Of a stretch of DNA of 64,000 nt, positions 35,936 to 49,694 are shown one piece after another (within the stretch, counting starts at the first letter, position 1; every line of letters starts with the position of its first letter). The stretch comes from Euprymna scolopes (taxonomy: Eukaryota). Both the position numbers and the translations under genes were made by a program. The notes below the pieces were generated by a model that saw only the letters and a program-made list of their open reading frames with translations, had not been told where the DNA came from and made no database searches. Location: the NCBI GenBank assembly GCA_053919585.1, contig CM132801.1; one strand, given 5' to 3'.

Positions 35936-38253
35936 TAACACCAAATTATTATTTTTTATTATATAAATGTAACATGCGGCCACAGTTGAGGTTGAACTCC
36001 CTACACAAGTTTGTAGCGTAATTCAAATCTTGTCCGTAGCTGAATATTTGATGCTTCGCCAGGGCTATCAAAGGTATTTTTTACCGTGATGCCGTCACTA
36101 TATGGGTTGCCTACCATGGCTTCAGAGAGGCTCATCTACCTTCGAGAGAAGGATAGACTTGAGCCAGTTTTTCAACCTGGTATTTTACCTTGCGGTACAT
36201 ACAGTACCTCACCTTCCCAAATGGTCACCCATCTGGTACTGGCCAGCCTCAATGTTGCTTAACTTCAGTGATTTGGCAAGAACCGATGTGTTCGCGTGAT
36301 TGTTCCATATATTTTATTAAATAGGAAATTGAAATTATTATATAACACTTATCAAATGTAATATTGCAATTTTATAGTTGCTGTTCTTGAACAGTGAAAC
36401 AAATGGTACTGGTTAATTTGTAGTTTCTCTCAACTACTTTGACGATAATATGAAGAGAAATGATGTTGATAATGACAATAGTTCGAAGATTTAATATATG
36501 CTGCTTACCAAATAGAATACTTACATTTATTGCGTCCAGGCAATACCAAGTAGAACAAATGATACTGACTATTAATTATTATGGTATTATTTGGTCATTA
36601 AATTATTAATCAAACAAAATTTGTTATAAAACTATAACTGATGTTGTTAAAGCTATGTTTTGATTTTTATTTATAAAATTATTGGATGTAAATAGCTTTC
36701 AAAATCTTCATTCTTTAATATATAATAAAAAGTTGATTTTTCAGTAAAAAAAAAATAAAAAATAAAGAGGCAACTTGAATGATCTTTTTATTAGCTATTA
36801 CACTGAGATGTAGTCGAGATGCTGCTCCTTTCCTGGGGTTATTGCACTAATTTTAGTAGATTATAATGCTGAGTGATTTTGTCTTTGTTATAATAGTGAA
36901 ATAAAAAAATCGAAATATTGAATTTCAAGTAAAATCAATGGTATCTACTGAATTGTCATGCCGCAGTAATGAACATATCCAAAAATAAAGAAAAACGATA
37001 AGGTAGAAAATAGTTATCAAAGATATTTGCAAATTTTGTTTACGTAATAAACTGAATAGTGCATAAGAGTAACAGGGGAGAAAATTAAAAAAAAAAACTT
37101 AGGCCAATTCAGGAGAAATGGCTTATTTTCCTTGTGTTTACATTGCATGTTATAAGCAAACATGGCAAAATGTTTTTTTATGTTGAATCATGAAAATACT
37201 TGCTTTATGTAATAATACAGTAATATTTAATTAATTGTGACATGGCAATTAAATAAATAACATTGCGTTTAGTTGAAATCGATATAATAAGTAGTTATTA
37301 TTTTTTTTAATGAAAACTCAATTTTTAGACTGTGGGATTTCATTATTATAATGAAGAACTGCATCATTTTTTTAGTCTTTGGTATAACTCAATTGAGGCT
37401 TGAATCCTTGTCTCCTGACTCATTAGTAAACATTTCTATCATCATACCAAATTGTTATGTAACTGCCGGTTAGAAAATAATTATTCAGAATCGGATTTAT
37501 CTATCTATCTGTTTATATATACTAGCAAAAGTACCCGTCGTTGACTGGGTTCAAAAACAGCCTACAGAAAATGGACTCTGATTTATGAAAGTATGATAGG
37601 TTATGAAAAGGAAGGGTTGTAAAGAGATAGCTTCGAATTTGGGGGTATCAAAACTAAAGAAAAATATGATGAAAGTAAAAATAAAATAGATACACCCCAT
37701 AATTTATTATACCATACCTGTTCACACTGAAACATTTATCACAATATTCTGTGGATCTATATTAAAAACCTTGTTAAACTTTGTAACATATTTCCATTCT
37801 ATGGAGGTCAGGCGCGAACGAACACCCCATAATTTTATTATACCATATTTTTTCAAACTGAAACATAATTATCAAAGTATACTTACGCAGATAGTTATGA
37901 AAAGTCTTTATTAAAGTTTGTGCCTATTTCCATTCTATGGAGGCCAGGCCCAAATGCAGACCCCACAATTTTATTATACCATCCCTATTAAAGTTAACAC
38001 ATACTTATCAAAGTATTATTATGTACATCTATATCAAAAACACTTGTGAACGTTTTTTTTTTTTAATTTTTTATTTCCATACTCTGTGGACCCCACAATT
38101 TTAATGGACCACCGTTCTGTCAGATCAAACATACCCATTCCTGTGTCGTGATACATCTATCATTATATGTAATCAGTTTTTTTTAAAAATAGTCAACCAT
38201 ATAGGAGCCTATTCATGATCAGACACACATACACACACACAGACATTCAGCTT

Positions 38254-38294
<41 letters not shown>

Positions 38295-41200
38295 TTTATC
38301 TGTCTAGCTAAAGAATAACAATCGTGAAAAACAGTAAACATAGCAAACTTTGCTGGTGCAATGAAGGGTCAGGTTGTCATGATTTGCAAACTCTATGACC
38401 AACCTGAACTTGCACTGGAAATTAGGTAGATGAGGCCGGATCTGACGTGTCAAAAAGTTCCAGTTTGGGGAGATTTAGTAAATTTGAGTTGAGTTGATTC
38501 CTAGACACAAAAGAGACAAAATGTGAGAATCAAGGTCTCCTCAAAAGGGAGCGACGGTTTGTCCGCATGCCAGGATCGCCGGTCCACTCCAGTCTGCTGA
38601 GATAATACCTGTAAAATGGAATAAATAAAAAACAATCATTGTCTTGTTTGTTTGGCATGCATTTGTCTTTGGTTGGCAGAATCAACTTCCATAATGATCG
38701 ATGCTGAGTCCTCCTTAGCCAAGCAGAACCAGGTATAACGTCATGTTTATGTATTCGTGTTATATGTAATTCACACATCCACACAAACAGAGAGTAAGCT
38801 AACAATCACGACCTAATTAAAACAGTTAAATAAAAGAAGTTAAAGACCACACCCAGCTAGATAAGAACAGACCAGGCCCTCTCATTACATAATTTAACAA
38901 AATGAGCTTTTGACTAAAAACTTTTTTCCCGTTTTATATTTGCAGTAACAAAACAGCGAGATTCTGAAAACATGCAGCAAAGTTTATTGTTTCAGGTAAG
39001 AATAAATTTTACATTTTTTTATTTTTATTTGTTGCATATCAAAATAGTTTTTATTTTTGCTGGCTTTAAATATGGCCTGTCTTGGTTTGTTTGTATTAGA
39101 GGACAAATAGAGAATTGAGGGTTTTTGAGTTTTATCTTTTCAAGAGTCTGAACTCTAGTCGTAGATTTTGATGATCAATCCTGAATACTTTTATACCCAG
39201 ATTTCAGCCGACATCTGGTTAATTTGCCTATGCATCGTCTGTTTTGCAAAGAATGTTGTTAAGTTGCTCCTTTTACAGACACCAGTTTTAATTAAGCCGC
39301 CATCTTGTAAAAGGAAACAACAAAAAGGAAAAAGGAGATATCACTCTAAGCAGAATTTTTTTTTTTTTTTTGCAAGAGGAGACAGCTCAACAGTTTTAAC
39401 TCGGATTAACAAATGTGACTGTCCTCATTATCGCATTGAAGTCTCTATTATGTGTGACAATATAATTGTTTTTAAAAATTAATTCTAAGAAAAAGTCTAT
39501 CGAAGATAATATATAAGATGTTTATAGTAACATTTGTTGTTTTGTGATTATTGAATAAGACTAATCACATCTCTTAGTAGTTAGTCTATTATGATTATTG
39601 AATAAGACTAATCACACGTCTTGGTAGTCTATGGTGAACACATATTTTAGTTTTGCATATAAAGTCTCTGACATATTTTCTCCACTGCAGTGTAAGCACC
39701 TTACCCATACAATGAAGAAAAGCAGGGGAAACTCTAGTATCAGACACTTGTATGTGAATGTTAAGCCCATTTCTTGCACTAATATGAGATTAAAACATCA
39801 CTTTTTAAATTAGTTCAACTTTACACAATAGCAGTACGTTCTTTTTTTAATATACTCCCAATATACAATCTAAATCATCATATTAACAAATTCACATATG
39901 CTTTGCAAGAGGACATTTCATTAATTAACTATTCATTTTTAATTCAACGATTCTTTTAATTTGCATATAACGAAAAGTTCTGTCATAATTTTGTTTTATT
40001 TAGTGTTCAAATGTTCTAATCATGTCAAGTGTTTGGGACGTCAGAAGATAGGGGCTCTGACTTGATTTTCAAGAAGTTGCAATCTATGTTTAAAGTTAAA
40101 AATAAGTCCCTCTCTCCCCTTCTCACACACACACCTTCATCCAGACAAATTGATTTCTTTCTTTTCCTTTCTTTATGGTCATATTTTAAAAGTGAATAAT
40201 TTTGTATAAAAATTGTCAAAATATTAATGTTTATTTATATGAATAAATGTGCACTTTTTTTTAGTTTTACAAGAACGTTATGATGAATGAAATGTTTTAT
40301 ATGAAAATTTTTCGATTCTTTGCTGCAAAAAAAATATCGAGTTAATAATAATTATAAATGGCAGGGGGTCAACTGAGAAGAATCCTATTTTTAGGCACCT
40401 TTTTGACTCATTTTATTGAAAATAATAATTTGCGTTTAACTTTTTTTTTTTTTTTTTTAGATTGATTATCCTGAGATTGCTGATGTGATTATTCCCCGAC
40501 ATAGATTTATGGCAGCTTATGAACAAAAAGTTGAACCACCCGACAGGAAATGGCAGTATCTTTTATTTGCTGCAGAACCCTATGAAACTATTGCCTTTAA
40601 GGTAAGATATTACTTTTGATATTACATGAATTTTTTTATTTTTATAGAAATGTGTGCAAATTAGAGTGGATTCTATTTATTATAATGATTTTAGGACTAT
40701 CATTTTATGAAAATGAAGCTGGTTCTAGCCATTTGTTATACAAGGCGAGATTTGCTTTAACATCATTCTTGCAACCTAGGATGTGTCTTGAATCATCAGT
40801 TCTTTGGTGGATGGAATATGGTATGGCTTGATCTTCCCTCGAGAAGAGGGTTGGGATCCATTTTTTTTTTTTTTTTTTTTTTGAGGCACCCCGACTGGAG
40901 AATCATCTCAGACTGGGGTTTTCACTCGGTACCAAAGACAGCAAACTCTAAGCCATTGTTAAGATGGCTTTTCCCCTGTGAACTGATGTATGGCTTTGGT
41001 CCTGTGCAGTTCTAGGCAGTCCACCCTCCCAGGCTTTATCTTCTCCCTTTCAGAAGGGGTTAGTTTATTTCTAATCACCTGAAGCATGTCTAGTAGGGAA
41101 TACTGATAGGGCTTTTGCTGGCCAGAGTGCCCTTCTTCTAAGGTGCTTCAAATTCCACTTTCTGACCCTTGTGTCACATCATTCTGCCATGAGAAGAAGA

Positions 41201-44200
41201 TAAATAAAACCTCTTCTTTTGAAGAATTTAGACAGGTTTGTTTGCAACTATTTTTGCACTATTCCAGAGTGTACCACTTTGAAGAGAACTGGATTTTTCC
41301 ACCATGTTAAATTGACTTTATGCTTAACCTTGTGGCAGGTAAAAAGTTATTGATAACACTAAATACTATAAAAGTTTTCATTATTTTAATGGTTTTCATT
41401 TTTCTTCCAATTTTTCTTTTACATTTTTGTTTTTGTCTGTGGATGAGAAATTCTACCGGATGCCAGACATTTACCTGCCATTTTAGAGACTCCAAATAAG
41501 AGATTTATTTTAGGATTCTAATCATCACTTGATTAGTCAGATAGTTTTTGAAATTCTTTTTTGAGCCTGGTAACTCCTAGGATTACTAAAATGGAGATCT
41601 TAAGATTCTAGTTTCTTTTCATGTCATACATAAGACTTTGTTACTTGGTTATTGCCTGCCTTTCAGCTCTATTTAAGTCAGCATCATTAGGGATACTGAC
41701 TTCAGCTAAAGTTGCTACTTTCTTCCACTTGTCTCATATTATCATGCCAGGTTTAACAACTCTGTTTGCTAAGTATATAACTGTAGAAATTGCATAGTCA
41801 TAGTGGATGATCTATGACTTATTTCTAACTGTTCTTTCTTGTATATTTTTCCATCATTTGATGCTTCACTGGATATTCAATTTTTTACAGATGGTTCAAT
41901 GGAGATATATGTATGTGTATTCACAAATTGGCCCTATTTACTATCTTCTAATAATTTTTTTTTATGCCTGCAAAAATAAATCTTTAAAACTCTATAGTTC
42001 TATTTTGTGTTTTTTTTTTTTTCTGACATAATAATATTGAATATAATTATTACAATACTAGCAGGCTGCCCGGCATTGCCCAGTCATAAAATATGCTTAA
42101 ATATGATATTTTGATTAATGTAGGTTTTGTATTTATTATTATATTGGACCCAATATATAGTAATAATTTAAAAAGTTAAAAAAAAAAAATGACTGTTGCG
42201 CCATCACTGAGAATCGAAACCAAAACGTTCAGCTTACGATTTACTTTTCCCTTTGATATTAATGCTTGAGCTATGAAGGCAGGTTTGCAGCAGGGCTAAA
42301 AATTAAAACATGAACCAATAGCTATTACATTACGCATGTATATTCATAATGCAGTCGTTCAACCATAACCTGACAAATTCCATTTTTTTAATTTTTGCAA
42401 CCATTTTCCCTGGCTAAAATACAAATATAAAGTTTCGCATGAGTTTGAATAGCCTATATATTAAGTTTCATGTCTGTAGACTAAAAACTGACAGAGGAGT
42501 TTGATAAGCAAAATTCTTTAAACAAATATAAATACGCATACATAAATATATATTGAAAGAGGTTTGTATTTACTATAACCGTTTTATGCAAATATTACGC
42601 AAGTATAAATCATGTAGAATATCTGCATGAATATAATTACATGTAATAGTTAATTAAAGATGATCATCCCATAAGAAAACCAAAATAACTAAGGAATTAA
42701 TTAAAATGAATGTTAAAAAGAATATGCAAATAAACTAGATCTTTTACAGATGTATGCAATTCCACAAGCCATATGTAACAAAGTTGTATTTTCTTTTTAA
42801 ATAAATAGAAAAAAGGGTTTTTGATATGAATATCAATACATGAAAAAAAGATTTAAAGATCATTTGTTTTTTAATTATTAATTGAAAGAACTTATAAGAC
42901 TTGACTTACTTTTATAAAGGTAATGTTGTTTTAATCTTATTTATAAAATTATTTGATAAAAATAGATTCCAAAGCCAGAAATGATATTCTATTTGACAGT
43001 TTAAATGCTTTAAATTTTCTTTCAAATTTCAATGTATTATGAATAATTCATTCCTATTTTTCTTTTTCTTCTTTAACTATTAACAAAAGATTGAAGTGAT
43101 TGACTTGCTTTATTTACATCCTACTCATCAAAATTAGATCTATTTCTTTGTCTTTTATGGCTACTTTACATATGACAGCCATAAAGAATTCTCATTTTTT
43201 AGATACTTTGAGTCGGCTCATTTGACTGACCCATCGTATAATAGTTAGAGTGTTCGCCAATGAGCTTGGAAACCGAGGTTCAATCCTTGTTTGTACCATA
43301 CAAAAGACATAAAAACGGTACTTGATGTCCCCTTGCCAAACACTCGGTATTGTAAGATAAGGATCAAGGGCAAGTGGAGTCATCTTGAAAAAAGAATCAT
43401 GTTCTCACCATACATTTCGGGATAGTACCTAATGAAAAAGGAGCCTTCAGGTTGTCCTCAATTATGGTTGGTGTGTCTGTATCAGTTAGCGATGTTGTTA
43501 GATACAGAACATATATATGAAAATGAATTTCGATGAAAAATCTTAATTATACATAGACAATAATATTTATTAGTATAATTTACAACTGGAAGAAAAATTT
43601 AATTTTATAATGAGGATATTAATTGAAGCCACTTTGCGATGCATGTCCATTGAAATCTGCTCTTCCAATGAATGTAAGGGACATAATTATTCTCAAAATC
43701 TTTTTGAAGCAAACGAGACAAGGGTAAGAGTTATTTCCTTTGTTTGACAAACATTTTTTTTCCATATTTATATTTTCCTTTATGAATCTGTAATCATCTA
43801 ACAATAGTCAACTACTTTTTTCCATTTTTTTTACTTTGAGTCGGCTGCTATTGTTATGTTATATACTGAATTACCTCCCTTAATGTTATGTATCATTTAT
43901 TGGTACATGTATTGATACCCAGTGAACCAAGTGCAAGGGAGATTCAAACAATTGCACTTTAAAGGACCGGTTAGAATCTTAAAAAAAAGATCTCTCAGTT
44001 GGAATATATAAGATAGCGGGTAAACTGTCCTTAGCTTAAACAAAATGATAAGAAAATTTAAAAAAAACAAGATACAATTTGTGTTGCTAAGGTTGATTAG
44101 TTTGGGAGTATGATGTATTAAAAGTTGTTTTAAAATCTCTATAACAGTTCATCTATTTTCTTACACAGGTGCCAAGTCGAGAGGTTGACAAGGACCCTAA

Positions 44201-47200
44201 AAAACTATGGACTTATTGGAATAAAGAAACAAAACAGGTGAGAATTTATGATAGATTATATTTATGTAACCATTCACTATCTTGTGTATGACATGAACGT
44301 GCACGTGAGCCACTAATTAGGAAATGTGGAATGCATCTGTTAGTTGTCATTACTCTTAGGGTCTACTCTGTTTGATTTATATAAATGCTTCTAGGATATT
44401 CTGTGTATACCAGCATGATCCCGTGGAAATTTCACAATGATTTCTACATCAATCTGTATAATTTACTGCTAATTATAATGATATCCATTAAACCCTGGCA
44501 AAAAATCCAGTTTCGAGTCTCGATAGGCAGATGGTGAAAAACTGCAACACCTTTCTGGCAACTCCTGCAGCTGCGCTGGCTCTGACCATATTGGCTTGCC
44601 TTTCCATTGGATTTTGTCTGTGATGCTGAAAGGGGGACAAACATAGGTCTTCTTATCACCTGTTCAGGCTTGCATCCGGAGAGCAAATTGCTGACTTTTT
44701 AGAACTATGTGAACCAAAATGATAAATAAAAAAAATGGACGTGGATGTATTTCATACTGTTTTGCTCATTAGCTTTACTTTTTAGTGAAACTGCTTCTCC
44801 AAAACCTCATTTAATCATTTTCTGAAAAAGAAAAGCCACAACAAAATTTTCACACGTTTCCAGTTTTTTCTCTGGTCCATCTGCTACTAGTCTCTCACTC
44901 CTAGACAAGGTTCAAAAGAGAGTCACCAACCTGATAAGTCCTGAACTGTCATCTAGGCTTCAGCCTCTGTCCCATTGATGAAATGTTGCATCCTTTTGCC
45001 TGTTCTACAAGTATTTTAATGATGGATGCTCCGACAAACTACAAGCACTTGTACCCTCTCAACGTAAATACCTCCAACAAACCTGACATGCAGCAAAATC
45101 CCACCCCTACACAGTAGAGATTCTTAGATGTAAGAAAGCTTTCTATTCTAATAGCTTCTTCCCCAGAACTGCTAGACTTTGAAATGCCCTTCCAGGTTCC
45201 TGCTTTCCCAACTGTACTGACATGCAGAAGTTCATGTGTAACGTGAACAGACATCTTGCTGCTCAACTCTCTACATAGCAGCCCTGCAACTTATGGCCCT
45301 GATAGTAGCCCCCTACACTGTACCTTGTTTGGGGTGAAAATGGAATTAAAAAAAATAAATTTTTACATTTTCCATAACAGCTCCACGGGCTGGATTAAAG
45401 ACTTTGATGGTCCAAATCAGACTCGTATACTGTAGTTTGGAGACCTCTAGTATAGACCATTGGGAGTCTAGTATACTACGAAAGAACTAATGATATTGTG
45501 TGTTATCTTGCGTGCTTGTCACCATGCACACTTCATTTTAGTTGGTAGAAGTAAGGGCGAATGATTTAAATAAAGAGGAAATGATAAGTGATGAGAAATG
45601 GAATGATGCAAATAAATGATACTTTAGAGGGTGAGGAGATTTATGATATCACAATGTATTGTGACTGAAATATTTTGTGATCATTGCAAAAATGTAATTA
45701 TCAACCAACGCCAAAGTTACAAAATTATATATTTCACTCGCTACACTGCTTGGGGTCCTAATTTTCATAAAGTATGTAGCTTACAGAAAATCTGCAAAAT
45801 ATTATATTTTGAAAAGTTTTTTTTTTATTTTAGGATATAATTAGAGTAAAAATAATTATGCAATGGTGAGGTTTGAACCCATAACCTCTACTTCTACATA
45901 TGTATGCTAACTGATTGAACCATTGAATCAATTCTTTCTTTCTCTCTTGTAGCTTAAATCTAAAACAGATGGTATTCTGGTGTTCTTCTCTCTTTTTCTC
46001 TCTCTCTATCTTTCTCTTTCTTTCCAACTGTCGGCTAAAAGCAATGAAAGAAAGCAAAAAGGAGAAACTCGTGGAGATTGAAAAATTTATGATATTAAAT
46101 TAGTACCTAGTGATTTGAGTAGTGGTATTAGGATGTCTAACTGACTTAACTTTTTGTATGACTAATAAAAAGTAAAAGAATTTGTTTTTTCAAAGATGTG
46201 ATCAAACTCTTTCTATTTACAATTTGCAATACCATGCAAACACACACAGACTAAAAACAACCATCAATAATACTGAATGTATTCTTTTTTTGTTTTTACC
46301 AGTGAAATGAAGACAAAAAAAAACAAGTAAAATCAGAAGTCTTCTTTGAAAAAAGGTGTATTACACCAAAAGTTTCAAAAAACAAAAAAAAATCATTTAA
46401 TAAAATATTTTTTTAACATTATTTGGTTTTCTAAAATTTCAAATCAATCTTGCAACATAATGTTTTCAAAGATGTGACTAAACTCCAAAGAAGTAAATTA
46501 TTGATTAGGATTAAATATTAAAATCTATCAAAATTACGATTTAAAAAAAAAAAATTTTTTTATTACATTTTCACCCCAAACAAGGCACATTGCCACTTTG
46601 GTGTAGGGGGCTACTATCAGTCGCAACAATTACTGGGGTACTATGTAGGGATTTAGGCAGCAAGATGTCGGTTCACATTACACTTGAACTTCTGCACATC
46701 AGTACAGTTGGGGAAGCAAGGACCTGGAATGGAATTCCAAAGTCTAGCGGTTCTGGGGAAGAAACTACTGGAGTAGAAAGATCTTTTACATCTAGGGATC
46801 TCTACTCTGTGGGGGTGGGATTTAGCTGCTTGTCAGGTTTGTCAAGGGTGTTTACGTTGTGGGGGCACAAGTGCTTGCAGTTCATCAGAGCATTCACCAT
46901 TAAAATACTTGGAGAACAGACAGAGGGATGCAACATTTCGTCGATAGGACAGAGGCTGAAGCTTAGATGCCAGTTCAGGCCATATCAGATTGGCGACTCT
47001 CTTTTGAACCTTGTCTAGGAGTAAGAGACTAGTAGCAGATGCACCAGCCCAAATATGACAGCAATACTCCATACATGGGTGAATGGTGGCCTTATAGAGG
47101 TACAGGATACTTTCGGATGTTAGTAGTTTTCTAGCACAGTAGAGAGAGCCTACCTTCTTCGCAGCGGCCCTGGCAATGCTTTCAATGTAATTGTTCCAAC

Positions 47201-49645
47201 TCCTGTTTCCTGTGAATGTTAGGCCAAGGAGTTTGAAAGATGTACTCTCAGATAAAGAGTCGTTGGCCATTGCTATAGGTGGTAGAGAAGGTTTCTTGTA
47301 ATTATTGAAGGAAACTAGTTTAGTCTTGGCGGCATTGAACGTGACCATCCATTTTTGCCCCCATTCCACTACAGATTGGAGGTCATCCTCTAGTGTTTCT
47401 GCCATTTCTTTAGATATGTGTCCATTTGTTTTCCTGTCGTGCCTGTTATAGAGTGTCGTGTCATCAGCATATATACCCATCTCAGAGGCAATTTTGTCGG
47501 GGAGGTCATTTATGAATATTAGGAACAATAGAGGTCCAAGGATAGACCTTTGGGGCACTCCCGCATTTATATCATATTGTTTAGATGTATGACCGTCGAG
47601 GACAACCTGGATTTTTCTCTTATCTAAGAAGGATTTAATTATGTTAAGTATTCTACCAGTAATACCATATGATCTAATTTTCCTGAGGAGACCCTCATGC
47701 CATACCCTGTCAAAAGCCTTAGATATATCTAGAGCTACCGCTCTGCCCTCCCTCACTTTGTCCAGTGAATGGTATATACGTTCAGCGATTACAGTTAGGA
47801 TGTCTGCTGTGAAATGGGCTTGTCTAAATCCATATTGTTGGTCAGTCAGAAGTTTAGCATCTGTAAGGTGATGGACTAGAGCATTGTTAATTAAGGTCTC
47901 AAATATTTTGGCAAAAAGTGGGAGGAGGCTAATAGGGCGATAATTTAATGGGTCAGTTCTTTCGCCAGAATTCTTGAATATTGGTACCACAGAAGCAGTT
48001 TTCCAACAGCCTGGAAAGCAAAATTCATTAAGGCATTTGTTGTAGAGTTTGGAGAAAACTGGAGTTACTTCGGCTGAGCACTTTTTTAATAGCACAGCTG
48101 GGATGAGATCGGGTCCACATGCTTTTGAAGTGTCAAGGTGTTTTATAATAGCATGCACTTGAGAAGGAGTGATTTTCAGATCGTCTAGCGTGACGTCTGT
48201 CCGCATAGGAAAATCAGGTAGGGGGTGGTTGAAAGGGTCCAGTGTGGAGTTTGAGGCAAACTGACTGGAAAGCATGTTAGCCTTCTCGGTTGCTTAGCAA
48301 ACAACCTTGTGATTGTTGGTTAGTGAGGGAATTGTTGATTGCCTATTATTTACTACACTGTTGTAGATTTTCCAGAAGTTACGAGTTCCTAATTTTTGTG
48401 CTTTGATGCGTTTTTTAGTGGTTTCAGTAAATTCTCTCTTAGCTGTCGCTATTTCTTTCTTAACGTTACTTCTAGCTTGTATATACTTCTGTCTGTTTGA
48501 ACTGGACATGTCGGTTAAATCTGTGGTATGCATGCTGCCTTTGAGCAATGGCAGTTGCGCAAGTAGAAGTAAAGCATTGGGGAGAGTGGGGCTTGCTATA
48601 AAATTTCCGCATCGGAACATGTGCTTCAATTGCAGTTTTGAAGCATTCAGTGGTCTCATTTGCGCACTGTTCAGCAGGAAGAGAAAAAATATTTCCCCAT
48701 GGGGCATCTCTGATAAGATCTCTGATGGCTTCCCAGTCAGCCTTTTTATAATCGTTGCTTTGAGCACTGGCTCTTCAGTTTTGGCTCTAGAGTTCAGGGC
48801 AATTTCAACCATTATCACTGCATGATCAGTGGGCTGTCGGCATTTGTTATACAATCATCGGGAACTGTGGTCAAAAACAGATCTAGAAGTGATGCGTGTT
48901 GTTCTTGCTGGTCAGGGAAATGGGTTGAAAACGTAACGATTTGTGATAGGGGGTGAGATAAAGAGAAGCTATGTGTTGTGCTGCCCGATGAGTATCCAAG
49001 CCAGTTTTGGTGGTGGACATTAAAGTCACCAAATACATGTACTTGTGCGCTAGTGTCGAGGGAAAGTCCTGTGTCTATGCTGTCAGAGACTTTGTTTATT
49101 ATGGTGCAGTCATGGGTCGAGGGAGAGCGGTAGAGAAAATAAAAGTAGCTAATGTTATGTTGCATGATTAGTCTAAAGCACATAAAGGCTTGATCGTCCA
49201 ATTCTAGGTTTGTTTTTCTAGTCAAGGGAAAGGTATTACGAATGTGAACTCCAAGTCCATGCATATGTCTGTCAGAGTCCTTACGGCAGAGTGGAAGATA
49301 TCCAGGCATGTTAAAGTAGTTAGAGGGGATGGAGGAGTATAGGTTAGTTTCACTTAGTCCTAAGATATCCGGGGTATTTGTTAGGAGAAATGCTTCAACA
49401 TCAGCTAAATTAGTTCTAAGCCCACGGATGTTCGTGAATGCAAGCCTCAAGGGAGGAGGCGAGTTGGATTTGTTTGATCTTAAGCTTATTTTTAGATTTT
49501 ACTGTCATCAACAAGTTAATATTTGGCTGATATGATTGACAAAGTAGTTTTTTTATATGTAACTTGTAGTAAAATATTAATCAAAAAGGTATAGAGGAGG
49601 GTATAATACTGACCCAATAGGTCACAGGTGTTGTAGTGATTAAAA

Positions 49646-49694
<49 letters not shown>

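Larger units (their letters stand above)
46555..49508 (-). mobile_element. CR1/Jockey-group LINE covering the whole APE-RT ORF (frameshifted), antisense in the last SF3A2 intron
   Basis: APE motifs TNIRGL, LSET, LYRSP, GDFNVHH; RT motifs YRPISLL, QYGFR, DISKAFDRV, GVPQ, YADD; no ORF1 or TSD seen. Confidence 0.93.
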
